IMG/VR virus record: IMGVR_UViG_3300043772_000843
Length of the DNA: 20,000 nt
Origin: an uncultured virus (IMG/VR IMGVR_UViG_3300043772_000843)
Lineage: Duplodnaviria > Heunggongvirae > Uroviricota > Caudoviricetes
Reading direction: 5' to 3' (one strand)
In this document: positions 1 to 7,763 of the stretch, one piece after another
How the letters are laid out: each line of letters opens with the position of its first letter
Position numbering within the stretch: position 1 is the first letter of the stretch
The notes under the pieces: generated by a model
Database searches by the model: none
What the model saw: the letters and a program-made list of their open reading frames with translations, nothing else
What the model was told of the DNA's origin: nothing
Translations under genes and position numbers: made by a program

Positions 1-1777
1 CAATACTGCCCGCTGCCGCTCCAGCAGGCACCGTCAAATTGTTAAATGTATTCGCACCTAATACACTTCTGCTGTTTGCCGAAGTATCTCCTAATGTTAC
101 GTTATAAAACGCAACCCCTGCTCCACCATTGATACTAGCAATGCTAGACGTAAAATTAAACGACGATGTGCCAGCGTTAAACGTAAGGTTTGTTGAAGTA
201 GCAAAATTTATTGGCGTAGTACCAGCCGATGTTATCGTACTCGACCCCAATGTTATCGTTCTGACATTGCTGTTGCTGGACGACAGAGAGCCTGCGGTGA
301 CGTTGTAGTTCTTGGTGTCTAAGGTGCCGTTGGTGATGGTGAGGGTGTTACCACCGATGTTTAGCGCGTCAGCGAGTTCAACGGTGCCGCCGTAGGTGTC
401 GACTGTGATGCCACCGGCAAATGTTTTGCCTGCGCTAGTGATGGTCTGCGTGTTTCGGCCAGAGAACGTTAGAGTAACAAAGCCTGTAACGGAAGTGCCC
501 GAACCGTTTGTCCAGTTACCGTAACACGTTGTCCCAACGTTCATTGTAATAGTCATCGCGTTTGTTCGCGTTGACATGTTTACGCTGGATATGTGCGTTG
601 CCAAAGCAGAATCAATCTGCACCGTAGCCGACGTATTCAACCCCGTGTTCTCGATGACAGCCGTATCCTGCGCCAACGGGAAGTTGTTTGTGCTGACACC
701 CGCACCAGAGCTTGCAGCCCAAGCATTGGCAGACCAGTTGCCGCCAGCAGCCAAGTTCCAATACACCGTCTTCGGCGTGTCGAAGGTGATGCCTCTGCAC
801 CCACGTAGGTCGCCAACACGCGTGCCGCTGATGGGCGCGGCTGTGCCGATGACGTAGATGTCTCGGAAGTCTGCGTCGGTCAGGCTTGGGGCTGAGTTGA
901 TGGTGAGGGTTTGGGCGATGCCGTAGGTGTTTGAACGAAACCAGACTCTGCGGTTGCCTGCGGTGCCGGTGGTGGAGAGGGTGCCGTTTACGACAACTTG
1001 CGGAGCATTAATATTTAACTGGACCACACCAGCCGTTGCCGGTCCAGCAACAGATATATTGTTGAACGTTGAACCAGATTCCGCAGAAAAAATGCTTCTT
1101 GTATTTGCGGTCGTATTAGTATACGAAAGATTGTAAAAGGTTTGACCTCCTGAACGTACCTCAGCAGTTGTACCGCTCACATTGATTTGTGAAGTCCCGG
1201 CGTTGAACGTTAGATTTGTCGGCGTCAAAAAATCAACAGGTTGATTTGCACTAAGAGTAAGTGTAGATGAACCAAGAGTAATAGTGCGAATATTGTTATT
1301 AGTGGAAGAAAGAGCAAATGCTGTGATGCTATAGTTTGCCGTATTAAAAGTGCCCTGAGTTACAGTAAGTGCATTACCGCCAATATTCAGCGCATCCCCC
1401 AACGTCACAGTGATGCCTGACCCGTTGATCGTCACTGGCCCCAGCGTCTTCCCTGCCGTCGTCAACGTCCCTGTACCGTTCAACGTCAGCGTACCGCTGT
1501 ACGTCACCGTCATCCCTGCCACGAGCGTGACGCTGCCAGATACGGTGATGGCTGCACTACCCGCCAACGTCCCCGTAAACCCTGTGCAGTTGATGGACTT
1601 GGCACCAGTGTTGCCGCTGGAGATGGTGCAGGTGCCGGTGGACAGATTCGTGAAGAACACATCATCAGCGCTGGTAGGAACGCTTGCCCCGCCGCCGCCG
1701 CCAGACGTAGTTGACCACTTGGTTCCGGCAGTGCCGTCCCAAGCTGCTGTACCACCAACCCAAAAACGATCTGCGAT
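1..1777 (-). CDS. Large Thr/Gly/Asn/Ser-rich tail fibre/adhesin-like virion protein, partial (3' end outside window), probable ATC start
   Basis: Hand translation gives about 592 codons with no stop seen, from 1777 to the window edge: (M)ADRFWVGGTAAWDGTAGTKWSTTSGGGGGASVPTSADDVFF...NTFNNLTVPAGAAAGSI. AAGGAG lies 7 nt upstream of the ATC. Beta-rich composition and an internal 342-aa repeat. Absent from the ORF track because it has no stop within the window. Confidence 0.85.
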   Translation of the reverse strand, partial: MADRFWVGGTAAWDGTAGTKWSTTSGGGGGASVPTSADDVFFTNLSTGTCTISSGNTGAKSINCTGFTGTLAGSAAITVSGSVTLVAGMTVTYSGTLTLNGTGTLTTAGKTLGPVTINGSGITVTLGDALNIGGNALTVTQGTFNTANYSITAFALSSTNNNIRTITLGSSTLTLSANQPVDFLTPTNLTFNAGTSQINVSGTTAEVRSGGQTFYNLSYTNTTANTRSIFSAESGSTFNNISVAGPATAGVVQLNINAPQVVVNGTLSTTGTAGNRRVWFRSNTYGIAQTLTINSAPSLTDADFRDIYVIGTAAPISGTRVGDLRGCRGITFDTPKTVYWNLAAGGNWSANAWAASSGAGVSTNNFPLAQDTAVIENTGLNTSATVQIDSALATHISSVNMSTRTNAMTITMNVGTTCYGNWTNGSGTSVTGFVTLTFSGRNTQTITSAGKTFAGGITVDTYGGTVELADALNIGGNTLTITNGTLDTKNYNVTAGSLSSSNSNVRTITLGSSTITSAGTTPINFATSTNLTFNAGTSSFNFTSSIASINGGAGVAFYNVTLGDTSANSRSVLGANTFNNLTVPAGAAAGSI

Positions 1778-1778
1778 T

Positions 1779-2306
1779 TTAGCTCTCCTTAAATTTCAAC
1801 GCCTTGTGCCCGTGCGTGTCTAATTGCATATGACATGGTCTGCACACAGTTCTACCATTGTCAACGGCATACCGCAACTCCGGAAAAGAGCACCATGGTT
1901 TAATGTGGTCAGCTTCCAGATATCCACCACGAACGCTACAGATTTGACAGGTCCAGTTGTCTCTTGTAAAAACAGCTTTTCTCCAATCTCGATACGGAAA
2001 CTGAGACATAGCTTGTTTACGCTCTGATCGCTTACCTCCACGCCAATTTGGGTGCTCCGGACCGCATACCTGATTTTTTCGCTGAATTTCTGAGATTTTT
2101 TGGCAAGTTTCGTCAGTATGTCCTCTTTTTTCTGTGGGTACCAAGTCAGGATGTCCTTTTGTAAACAACCCTTTTAGTTCTCTACCCGCAAAAAAGCAGG
2201 GCTTACTGCAAAACTTTTTCCGGCCTTTGGCAGCCCACGGCTGAACTTCAAACACCTTTTCACAGTGTTTGCAAGTCAAAGTAACTTTGGGCTTTGCCGC
2301 AGGCAT
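1779..2306 (-). CDS. HNH homing endonuclease with N-terminal Zn ribbon and NUMOD3-like motif
   Basis: CKHC...CSKPC, GHTDETCQKISE, NWRGG, then RDNWTCQIC...DHIKPW...NGRTVCRPCH. AT-richer than its flanks (26/60 G+C at 2101-2160). Confidence 0.88.
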   Translation of the reverse strand: MPAAKPKVTLTCKHCEKVFEVQPWAAKGRKKFCSKPCFFAGRELKGLFTKGHPDLVPTEKRGHTDETCQKISEIQRKNQVCGPEHPNWRGGKRSERKQAMSQFPYRDWRKAVFTRDNWTCQICSVRGGYLEADHIKPWCSFPELRYAVDNGRTVCRPCHMQLDTHGHKALKFKES

Positions 2307-2309
2307 CTC

Positions 2310-2585
2310 TTACACCTTGTAGTACCAGACGCCGTCGATCTCAACCAGCTTGGCTCCCGCAGGCGGAACGACCTCTAGTTTCTGATACACCTCGCCAGCA
2401 ACCTCTTTGGTCGTCTCAGGCTCAGCCTCAACAGGCGGCGCAGTCACCACAGCAATCCAGTTATCTCGGCGCTGCTCCTTCATCGCCTGGATTTCAGCCT
2501 CTGTGAAGCCGTGATCATCAGGCAGATGAAGAGCATCGGCAAACTTGCCGTGAGGAGTGTCGAAGGAGAAATCGATTTTGATCAT
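2310..2585 (-). CDS. Acidic hypothetical phage protein (possible tail-fibre-associated chaperone)
   Basis: 91-aa ORF packed in the operon just upstream of the HNH and tail gene; function inferred from position only. Confidence 0.7.
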   Translation of the reverse strand: MIKIDFSFDTPHGKFADALHLPDDHGFTEAEIQAMKEQRRDNWIAVVTAPPVEAEPETTKEVAGEVYQKLEVVPPAGAKLVEIDGVWYYKV

Positions 2586-2590
2586 GGCTT

Positions 2591-2618
2591 AAAAGCAAAA
2601 CACCCGCCTAGACGGGTG
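2591..2618 (-). terminator. Putative intrinsic terminator
   Basis: mRNA CACCCGU-CUAG-GCGGGUG followed by UUUUGCUUUU, downstream of the 2640..3140 stop. Confidence 0.6.
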
Positions 2619-2639
2619 CCTTTTCAGAGTTGTTGAAGA

Positions 2640-3140
2640 TCAGGCTTCAAGGCTAAAGGTGTACTCAACATTTAGTTGATCGCCATTAGCCACCGTTCGG
2701 TTTCCGGGAGACGAAAAATTCGAAGCAGAAAACAGTGTCGGAGTACCTGTAGCCGCCGCGCACAAGAAAGCGCCCACAACATCACCAGAGGATGTGATTG
2801 CAAACTGCGCTTTAGATGCGGTGTTGTTGATTACCGACGGGTCTGCCGTCGTAGCAGTACCAAAGACCGCGGCTTTACGGTTGCCCGTGTAACTAGTAAA
2901 CTCAGTCCACGCTTTACTGGCTAGCGTGTCTGTTGCGGTAATTGTTGCAGGAGTAGGTCCTGTGATCAAACCAACAAACCATGCCGCAGAGTACCCACTG
3001 CCAGTGAAGTACTTGGTATTCATGTCCTGCAACCCCTGGTTTACAACGAGGTTGTGAGACTGCGTCTCCCACTTCAGGTTGCCTTGAGGGTCGTGGCAAG
3101 TGATCTTGAAGACACCGCCCGCTCTGGATTTGTCGAACAT
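2640..3140 (-). CDS. Putative virion structural/tail protein
   Basis: 166-aa ORF, Thr/Ala/Gly-rich and beta-like (HNLVVNQG...YTGNRKAAVF...GDQLNVEYTFSL), located in the tail region. Confidence 0.72.
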   Translation of the reverse strand: MFDKSRAGGVFKITCHDPQGNLKWETQSHNLVVNQGLQDMNTKYFTGSGYSAAWFVGLITGPTPATITATDTLASKAWTEFTSYTGNRKAAVFGTATTADPSVINNTASKAQFAITSSGDVVGAFLCAAATGTPTLFSASNFSSPGNRTVANGDQLNVEYTFSLEA

Positions 3141-3149
3141 GATGGTTTC

Positions 3150-3566
3150 CTATGCAAAGCGCAACAGCGCAGAAGCGGCTGTTGCCGCAGGGAGTTGAAT
3201 GGTGAAAGTACCTGACGCCGTCTTATCCGCACCAAAGTCCAGCACCGCGATGGCGCGGTTGGCCTTGGTCTCGTTGTAGATCAGCCCGCCCCGGCAGACG
3301 AATGAGGCGTTGGTGAACACCGGGTTGTCGAAGGTGACGTAGGCCGTCGTACCGGAGAGGAGGACTTGGACATTGACGAGGGGGATACCACCCGCGATGT
3401 ACCCCGCACCAGACACTTCCCCCGTGGCAGTGTAAACCGTCGTGGCTTGGCTCAGGTTTGCCGCAGCGGTGTAGAGCGCGAGCTTCAGCGTGTCAGTGTC
3501 GAGGTCATGAATACCAAGCCAAGACTCCTGCTTGAACGACGAACACATGCCTTGGAGGATTGGCAT
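3150..3566 (-). CDS. Putative virion structural/tail protein
   Basis: MPILQGMCSSFKQE...DTLKLALYT...VLDFGADKTAS. The ATG overlaps the HNH stop (TGATG) and GAGGGAG lies upstream; GTG at 3569 is an alternative start. Confidence 0.75.
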   Translation of the reverse strand: MPILQGMCSSFKQESWLGIHDLDTDTLKLALYTAAANLSQATTVYTATGEVSGAGYIAGGIPLVNVQVLLSGTTAYVTFDNPVFTNASFVCRGGLIYNETKANRAIAVLDFGADKTASGTFTIQLPAATAASALLRFA

Positions 3567-4201
3567 CACGCAACTCCCTCTACGAGACTGTTACCTTTGC
3601 GTATGTTATCAATCCAAGGGATAACCTGCAAATTTTCTGGGACGTGCAGGCCCGAAACAAGCGCACCTTGCAACGGTATGATGTGGTCAACGTGCCACAC
3701 AAAACCGAACATTTTTGTCCTCAATGCGGCCAGTTTATAAGCCTCTTGGATTACCCAAAGATCGTCACTACTAAGCCATTTTGGTGTCCGCAGAAGTTTT
3801 GCCGCACGCCGCTTAGCTGTATCCGCATTCTTTGCGCCAGGATGTCGTTGGCGGTGCGCAGCAGCATACTCTTTGGCTTTTTCAGGATGCGCAGTCATCC
3901 ACTCCTTAACACGCAAACTCATCTTTTCGCGGTTTTGCTTTTGGTATTGACGGTCTAGTTCCCGCTTTTTAACAACAAACTCTGGGTTTTGCCGTTGTTT
4001 TACATACTGTGTTTTTGTCCATTCCCTGAGTTTTTCAGGGTTATTTTTCCTGCACTTAACCAGTGTCTCTTTAGCACACTGCACGCAAGCGCCGGAAACC
4101 CTACGAAGCCCTTCCAATTCAGGATGTTTTTTGCAGGGCGAGCCGTAACAGGTAGGAAGCCCTTTGGCTATCGCATTTTGTCGTGTTAGGCGTTCGTTCA
4201 T
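3566..4201 (-). CDS. HNH endonuclease (free-standing, homing type)
   Basis: CKKH...CVQC Zn motif, basic helical linker, WHVDHIIPLQG..VSGLHVPENLQVIP..DNIRKGN. Low GC (24/60 at 3961-4020). ATGA overlap with the upstream gene. Confidence 0.88.
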   Translation of the reverse strand: MNERLTRQNAIAKGLPTCYGSPCKKHPELEGLRRVSGACVQCAKETLVKCRKNNPEKLREWTKTQYVKQRQNPEFVVKKRELDRQYQKQNREKMSLRVKEWMTAHPEKAKEYAAAHRQRHPGAKNADTAKRRAAKLLRTPKWLSSDDLWVIQEAYKLAALRTKMFGFVWHVDHIIPLQGALVSGLHVPENLQVIPWIDNIRKGNSLVEGVA

Positions 4202-4851
4202 TTGACGGGGTTCCGTACCTGACCGTTTCTAAACGTATCCCCTCTATTTTTCCCATCACCAAGGTTCTTGAGCAGCAGGAACGACTCATTGAACTGGTTC
4301 TGGTACATCGTCATGATGTCCGCCTCTTCCTTCATGAACCGACCCGCTTCAACCATGACCGCGTTGAACAGCACCGACTCAAAGTTGTCGCCAATCCATG
4401 ACGTACCCGCAGTAGCGATGCTCTCGGGGTAGTAGAAGTAGTGCAGCTCCGCCTTGTACCCCGCCACAGGTGTCGGGCCCAGGATGAACGTCAGCTCGGT
4501 CGGCAGGTTGTACACCGGGCCGAAGAGCGCGTAGTAGCGCGGCACGCCCGTCGTCGCCGGGTTCGGGTACGACTCCCGAATGAAGTTGACGTCCTTGTTC
4601 AGCAGGAACGTGTACTCTCCGCCTGCGGCAGGAAACACCGCCATCGAGAAGACCGACAAGAAGTCGTTGGGGGCAGCGAGGTACTGGTTGCCCGCGCTCA
4701 AGTCGCCCGTGACGTTCTTGCGGAGCGCCGGGAGCTGTACGCTGTTGTAGATCTTGTCCTCGGCCAGCCTCGTCAGCGTGGCAAAGTCCGTGTCCGAGAA
4801 CGTGTTCTCGACGCTATCCTCAACAGCGGTCTTGAGCTGGGTGTAGTTCAC
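4198..4851 (-). CDS. Putative head-tail adaptor / tail tubular protein
   Basis: 217-aa ORF with GTG start: (M)NYTQLK..., LPALRKN, P.DFL, GVPRYYA, GPTP, YFYYPES. Pattern resembles podovirus adaptor proteins; downstream of the head genes. Confidence 0.7.
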   Translation of the reverse strand: MNYTQLKTAVEDSVENTFSDTDFATLTRLAEDKIYNSVQLPALRKNVTGDLSAGNQYLAAPNDFLSVFSMAVFPAAGGEYTFLLNKDVNFIRESYPNPATTGVPRYYALFGPVYNLPTELTFILGPTPVAGYKAELHYFYYPESIATAGTSWIGDNFESVLFNAVMVEAGRFMKEEADIMTMYQNQFNESFLLLKNLGDGKNRGDTFRNGQVRNPVK

Positions 4852-5027
4852 GCCATCGGTCCTCGGGCCATGAAGCCCTTGGTCTGAGCCTTGCCACCCC
4901 GGACCTTGATCCCGGAGGTCTTCACCGGCGGGCAGGGGGCGGTCGACTCAGCACCGACAACAAGGCGCAAGGGAGTGCGCTCAGCGACGCCCACAACGGG
5001 CGTAGGGACCGGCTTGGCCTTCATCAT
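4848..5027 (-). CDS. Small basic hypothetical protein (59 aa)
   Basis: MMKAKPVP...KTSGIKVRGGKAQTKGFMARGPMA. ATG lies 4 nt after the upstream stop; GTGA overlap with the next gene. The track start at 5174 overlaps another gene. Confidence 0.7.
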   Translation of the reverse strand: MMKAKPVPTPVVGVAERTPLRLVVGAESTAPCPPVKTSGIKVRGGKAQTKGFMARGPMA

Positions 5028-5031
5028 GGGT

Positions 5032-5205
5032 TCACCCCTTCTTGCGCCCGACCGGGCCTTGGTTGCGTGCGCGGGCCATGTTGCGGCCCATATCCTGCGC
5101 CATTTTCGTGGTGACACCGCCCTGGGCGAGCTTCGCGCCGGGGCCGTGCGCCACACCAGCGGGCTTCTTGGCATGCGCCCGGAGGGCCTTCATCGCGTCT
5201 TTCAT
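5032..5205 (-). CDS. Small basic hypothetical protein (57 aa), not in ORF track
   Basis: MKDAMKALRAHAKKPAGVAHGPGAKLAQGGVTTKMAQDMGRNMARARNQGPVGRKKG*, with an AAGGAG RBS at 5212-5217. Confidence 0.8.
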   Translation of the reverse strand: MKDAMKALRAHAKKPAGVAHGPGAKLAQGGVTTKMAQDMGRNMARARNQGPVGRKKG

Positions 5206-5217
5206 CTTGAACTCCTT

Positions 5218-5264
5218 CGGGCTGCGCCCGCTTGAATGATACCGCTGACCAGCGGTTTAGGGAA
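5218..5264 (-). promoter_or_regulatory. Possible internal promoter with flanking inverted repeats
   Basis: -10-like TATCAT (5241-5236) and weak -35 TTCCCT at 17 nt. Inverted repeats ACCGCT-N4-AGCGGT (5241-5256) and CGGGC-N3-GCCCG (5218-5230). Confidence 0.4.
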
Positions 5265-6360
5265 CTGGGAGGTAGTTGATGCGGACTGCTCCGCCGCCAC
5301 CGCTACCCGAATTTGCAACAACACCGCCTGCGCCGACAACAACAGGATACGTAGTTCCGGGGGTGACTGTCAGGAATGTCCAGCGAAGTCCACCACCGCC
5401 GCCACCGCCACCAGCCGACGCTGATAAACCAGAACCGCCACCACCACCGCCGTACAACGCCCCGTTCTGACCTACAGAGGTTTCTCCGCCAGAACCCCCT
5501 CCGCCGAATCCGCCCCCTGTGCCGTTTGCGCCCTGCCCACTCAGACCTACGCCACCGCCACCAACTCCGTATGAAAGAAACGCGCCGCCGCCGCCCGCGC
5601 CGCCGCCAGTCCCTGCAACTCCGCCAAGACCAAGATAGCTGCCGCCATTTCCACCGTTACCTGCGTACCCGCCCGCCCCGCCACCGCCGCCAGAAAAAAT
5701 ACTTACCCTGTTACTGCCTGCACCGCCGTTACCGCCAAAGACAGTTGCGCTTAACGTAGTGCCCGTCCCTCCTGCACCGCCGCCAGTACTTGCCCCCGCG
5801 CCGCCGCCACCCGCAAAAAACGTGTCAAAACTAGACGCAACTCCCGGATTTCCAGTACCCGCAACAGGTCCGCCACTTCCTCCGCCGCCAACACACAAGA
5901 CATACACCTGCGTGACACCTACCGGAGCCGTCCAAGCGTACGTACCGGGCGTGGTAAAGAGTACGGAAGTCCACGGCGCAAAAGTCACCTGACCAACCTG
6001 TCCTACACCAACAAGCGTATTCGGTGTCAACGGATCAGTGAAGTCTCTCGCACCGCCAATCGGAGCCCAACCCCACTGGATGACCAGCATCCCTTCGCTG
6101 ACGTTGTTCAACGCGTTGACACCGGACTGGAACCAAGTGTTGGTGTCCGGACGGGGGTTGCGAATAGCCTGCGGGTCTGCAATCGGGTACATACCCAACT
6201 GCAACTGCGGCTGATCCGGCGTCCAGCACTGCGGACAAGCTTTGATCTGTGTCTCTTTCGTCTTGACGACGAGGTTCTTCAGTCGCTTCAGGTCAAAGCG
6301 AAAGCCACAGACGTCGCAAAAGCCGAACGCCTTTCTTCCGTTTGCGAAGCGGTTAGACAT
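5257..6360 (-). CDS. Zn-finger (CxxC-CxxC) virion protein fused to a glycine-rich domain
   Basis: N-terminal CDVC...CPQCW..DQPQL. From about aa 128, FTTPGTYAWTAPVGVTQVYVLCVGGGGSGG...VTPGTTYPVVVGAGG...GGGGAVRI, typical of phage Gly-rich tail domains. Confidence 0.8.
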   Translation of the reverse strand: MSNRFANGRKAFGFCDVCGFRFDLKRLKNLVVKTKETQIKACPQCWTPDQPQLQLGMYPIADPQAIRNPRPDTNTWFQSGVNALNNVSEGMLVIQWGWAPIGGARDFTDPLTPNTLVGVGQVGQVTFAPWTSVLFTTPGTYAWTAPVGVTQVYVLCVGGGGSGGPVAGTGNPGVASSFDTFFAGGGGAGASTGGGAGGTGTTLSATVFGGNGGAGSNRVSIFSGGGGGAGGYAGNGGNGGSYLGLGGVAGTGGGAGGGGAFLSYGVGGGGVGLSGQGANGTGGGFGGGGSGGETSVGQNGALYGGGGGGSGLSASAGGGGGGGGLRWTFLTVTPGTTYPVVVGAGGVVANSGSGGGGAVRINYLPVP

Positions 6361-6366
6361 GACAAC

Positions 6367-7107
6367 TCAGGAAATGAATTGTTGCCTTGGGACGAACCGC
6401 ACTGCTGCCTTCTCGCGGTCCTCTGAACTGGCGCGGTCCCAATCAGCGTCGTACTGCTCCTTAAGGACAGGGAGACGGTCGATAGCACCGGGGATCTTGA
6501 GGCCCAAGTAGTACGCCAAACCAGAGACCAAACACGGGAGGAAGCGGAAGGGGATGTCCTGCGTGTAACCGCCGCCTGCACCAGCGTCTTGGACCCTTCG
6601 CAAGTACCAGTAGACGAACTGGTAGACGCCGGTCTGGTCCGGAGTGGGCCACACGGTGATGCTCGGTGAAGCCGTTGCCCCCGGCGAGTAGCTGCTGCCC
6701 GCAGGGTACGTCGCATTGGAGTTCCGGTTCACCAGTACCTGAATGGGCCGCGCCTGCTGGAGCTTGTTGGGGATGGACGAGTAGGTAGAGATCGAAATGC
6801 GCGTGATGGTCAGGTCAGCCTGCGTACTGACGTTGCCTGCACCGGTCCTGATGACGTGTTCGAGGAGGTCGACGGTGTCAGAGGGCAATGGGTAGGTGTT
6901 GACGCCTTGGGTCAGGTTGATGACCGCTTGGTTGAACGTCCACATGTTCACACCACGGTTCGCCCAGTCTGCGAACAGCAGGTTCAGCGATCTCCGCGCC
7001 GTGCGCAAGTCATAACCCGTGCGCAGCTCAGCACCACAGCGCTCGAAGGCTTCCTCGACCGCTTCGTTGAGGTCAAGGTTGAATGTTGTGGTGCCGGAGG
7101 TAGTCAC
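6367..7107 (-). CDS. Putative head-tail adaptor/connector protein
   Basis: 246-aa ORF (GTG start): TTSGTTTFNLDLNEAVEEAFERCG, ARRSLNLLFADWANRG, VWPTPD, DIPFRFLPCLVSGLAYYL. Adaptor-like pattern and position. Confidence 0.72.
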   Translation of the reverse strand: MTTSGTTTFNLDLNEAVEEAFERCGAELRTGYDLRTARRSLNLLFADWANRGVNMWTFNQAVINLTQGVNTYPLPSDTVDLLEHVIRTGAGNVSTQADLTITRISISTYSSIPNKLQQARPIQVLVNRNSNATYPAGSSYSPGATASPSITVWPTPDQTGVYQFVYWYLRRVQDAGAGGGYTQDIPFRFLPCLVSGLAYYLGLKIPGAIDRLPVLKEQYDADWDRASSEDREKAAVRFVPRQQFIS

Positions 7108-7280
7108 TTCTTGAACCCTTTCAGCGTCTGCGCCAGACGCGCACGCTGACCCATCTTACCGGGAGCCTTGGCGGCTGCGGCGAGTTTCTTGGCTGGGATG
7201 GGCTTGTCGCCCTTGACACCAAGGGATTTGCGCAAAGAACCCGGGGACTTTATGGCTCCTGCGATCCAATTCTTCGCCAT
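7104..7280 (-). CDS. Small Lys-rich hypothetical protein (58 aa)
   Basis: MAKNWIAGAIKSPGSLRKSLGV...RARLAQTLKGFKK. The start overlaps the upstream stop and GGAG is upstream. Confidence 0.8.
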   Translation of the reverse strand: MAKNWIAGAIKSPGSLRKSLGVKGDKPIPAKKLAAAAKAPGKMGQRARLAQTLKGFKK

Positions 7281-7516
7281 CATGCACTCCGTTTCTTCCC
7301 CGAAGGACTCACCGGCCAAGACTGCCTAGCAGGGCCCGTTTTGCGCTGTGCCATCGTCTTGCGCTGGGCAGTGGAGAGCTTGCTCGCGGCTTTGGCAGGG
7401 CGGCATGCGGGATAGGCGCGGGAGGACTTCTCCTCCCCTGAGCGACCGCAGGCCTTGCCCGTCTTCACGTCGACCCACTTCTCGCCAAACCACTTGCCGA
7501 GTCCGCCCTTAGCCAC
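7280..7516 (-). CDS. Small basic hypothetical protein (possibly DUF5872-like)
   Basis: GTG start; AKGGLGKWFGEKWVDVKTGKACGRS...YPACRP; overlaps both neighbours. Family name recalled, not verified. Confidence 0.75.
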   Translation of the reverse strand: MAKGGLGKWFGEKWVDVKTGKACGRSGEEKSSRAYPACRPAKAASKLSTAQRKTMAQRKTGPARQSWPVSPSGKKRSA

Positions 7517-7763
7517 GCTTCACCCGGTTGTCAGCACCGCCCCAAGACCCACCGCGCTTCTTGTACTCCTTCGCGGCCCACGCGTTGGCGTAGGCGCTCG
7601 GGTACACGTCGAACTTGCTTTTGGCCTCAGACTTGACCTGAGACCACAAAGAGGCATTCTTGGGAGTTGATTTCGTCTCGCCGCCCTTGGCGTATCCCGG
7701 GGCCGAAGCCCGGGACTTGATCAACTCGGGGCGGATACATCCCATGCCACGGGACGCGCGCAT
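7509..7763 (-). CDS. Small basic hypothetical protein (possibly DUF5872-like)
   Basis: MRASRGMGCIRP...YAKGG...KFDVYPSAYANAWAAKEYKKRGGSW. ATG at 7763 overlaps the upstream TGA. Family name recalled, not verified. Confidence 0.75.
   Translation of the reverse strand: MRASRGMGCIRPELIKSRASAPGYAKGGETKSTPKNASLWSQVKSEAKSKFDVYPSAYANAWAAKEYKKRGGSWGGADNRVKRG

Noticed and set aside
1..1400. DGR template/variable repeat pair
   Set aside because: The 1026-nt-offset repeats differ at all base types, both are coding, and no reverse transcriptase is in the window.
576..1823. Plus-strand ORFs 576..857, 927..1136, 1410..1823 and short minus ORFs in the track
   Set aside because: All overlap the continuous minus-strand tail gene frame.
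1779..4201. Group I introns or inteins around the HNH genes
   Set aside because: The HNH ORFs abut their neighbours within 0-3 nt, leaving no ribozyme core, and no intein ends are seen in terL or portal.
5380..5890. CCGCCA/CCGCCG runs as a DNA repeat element
   Set aside because: Explained by poly-Gly codons of the minus-strand gene.
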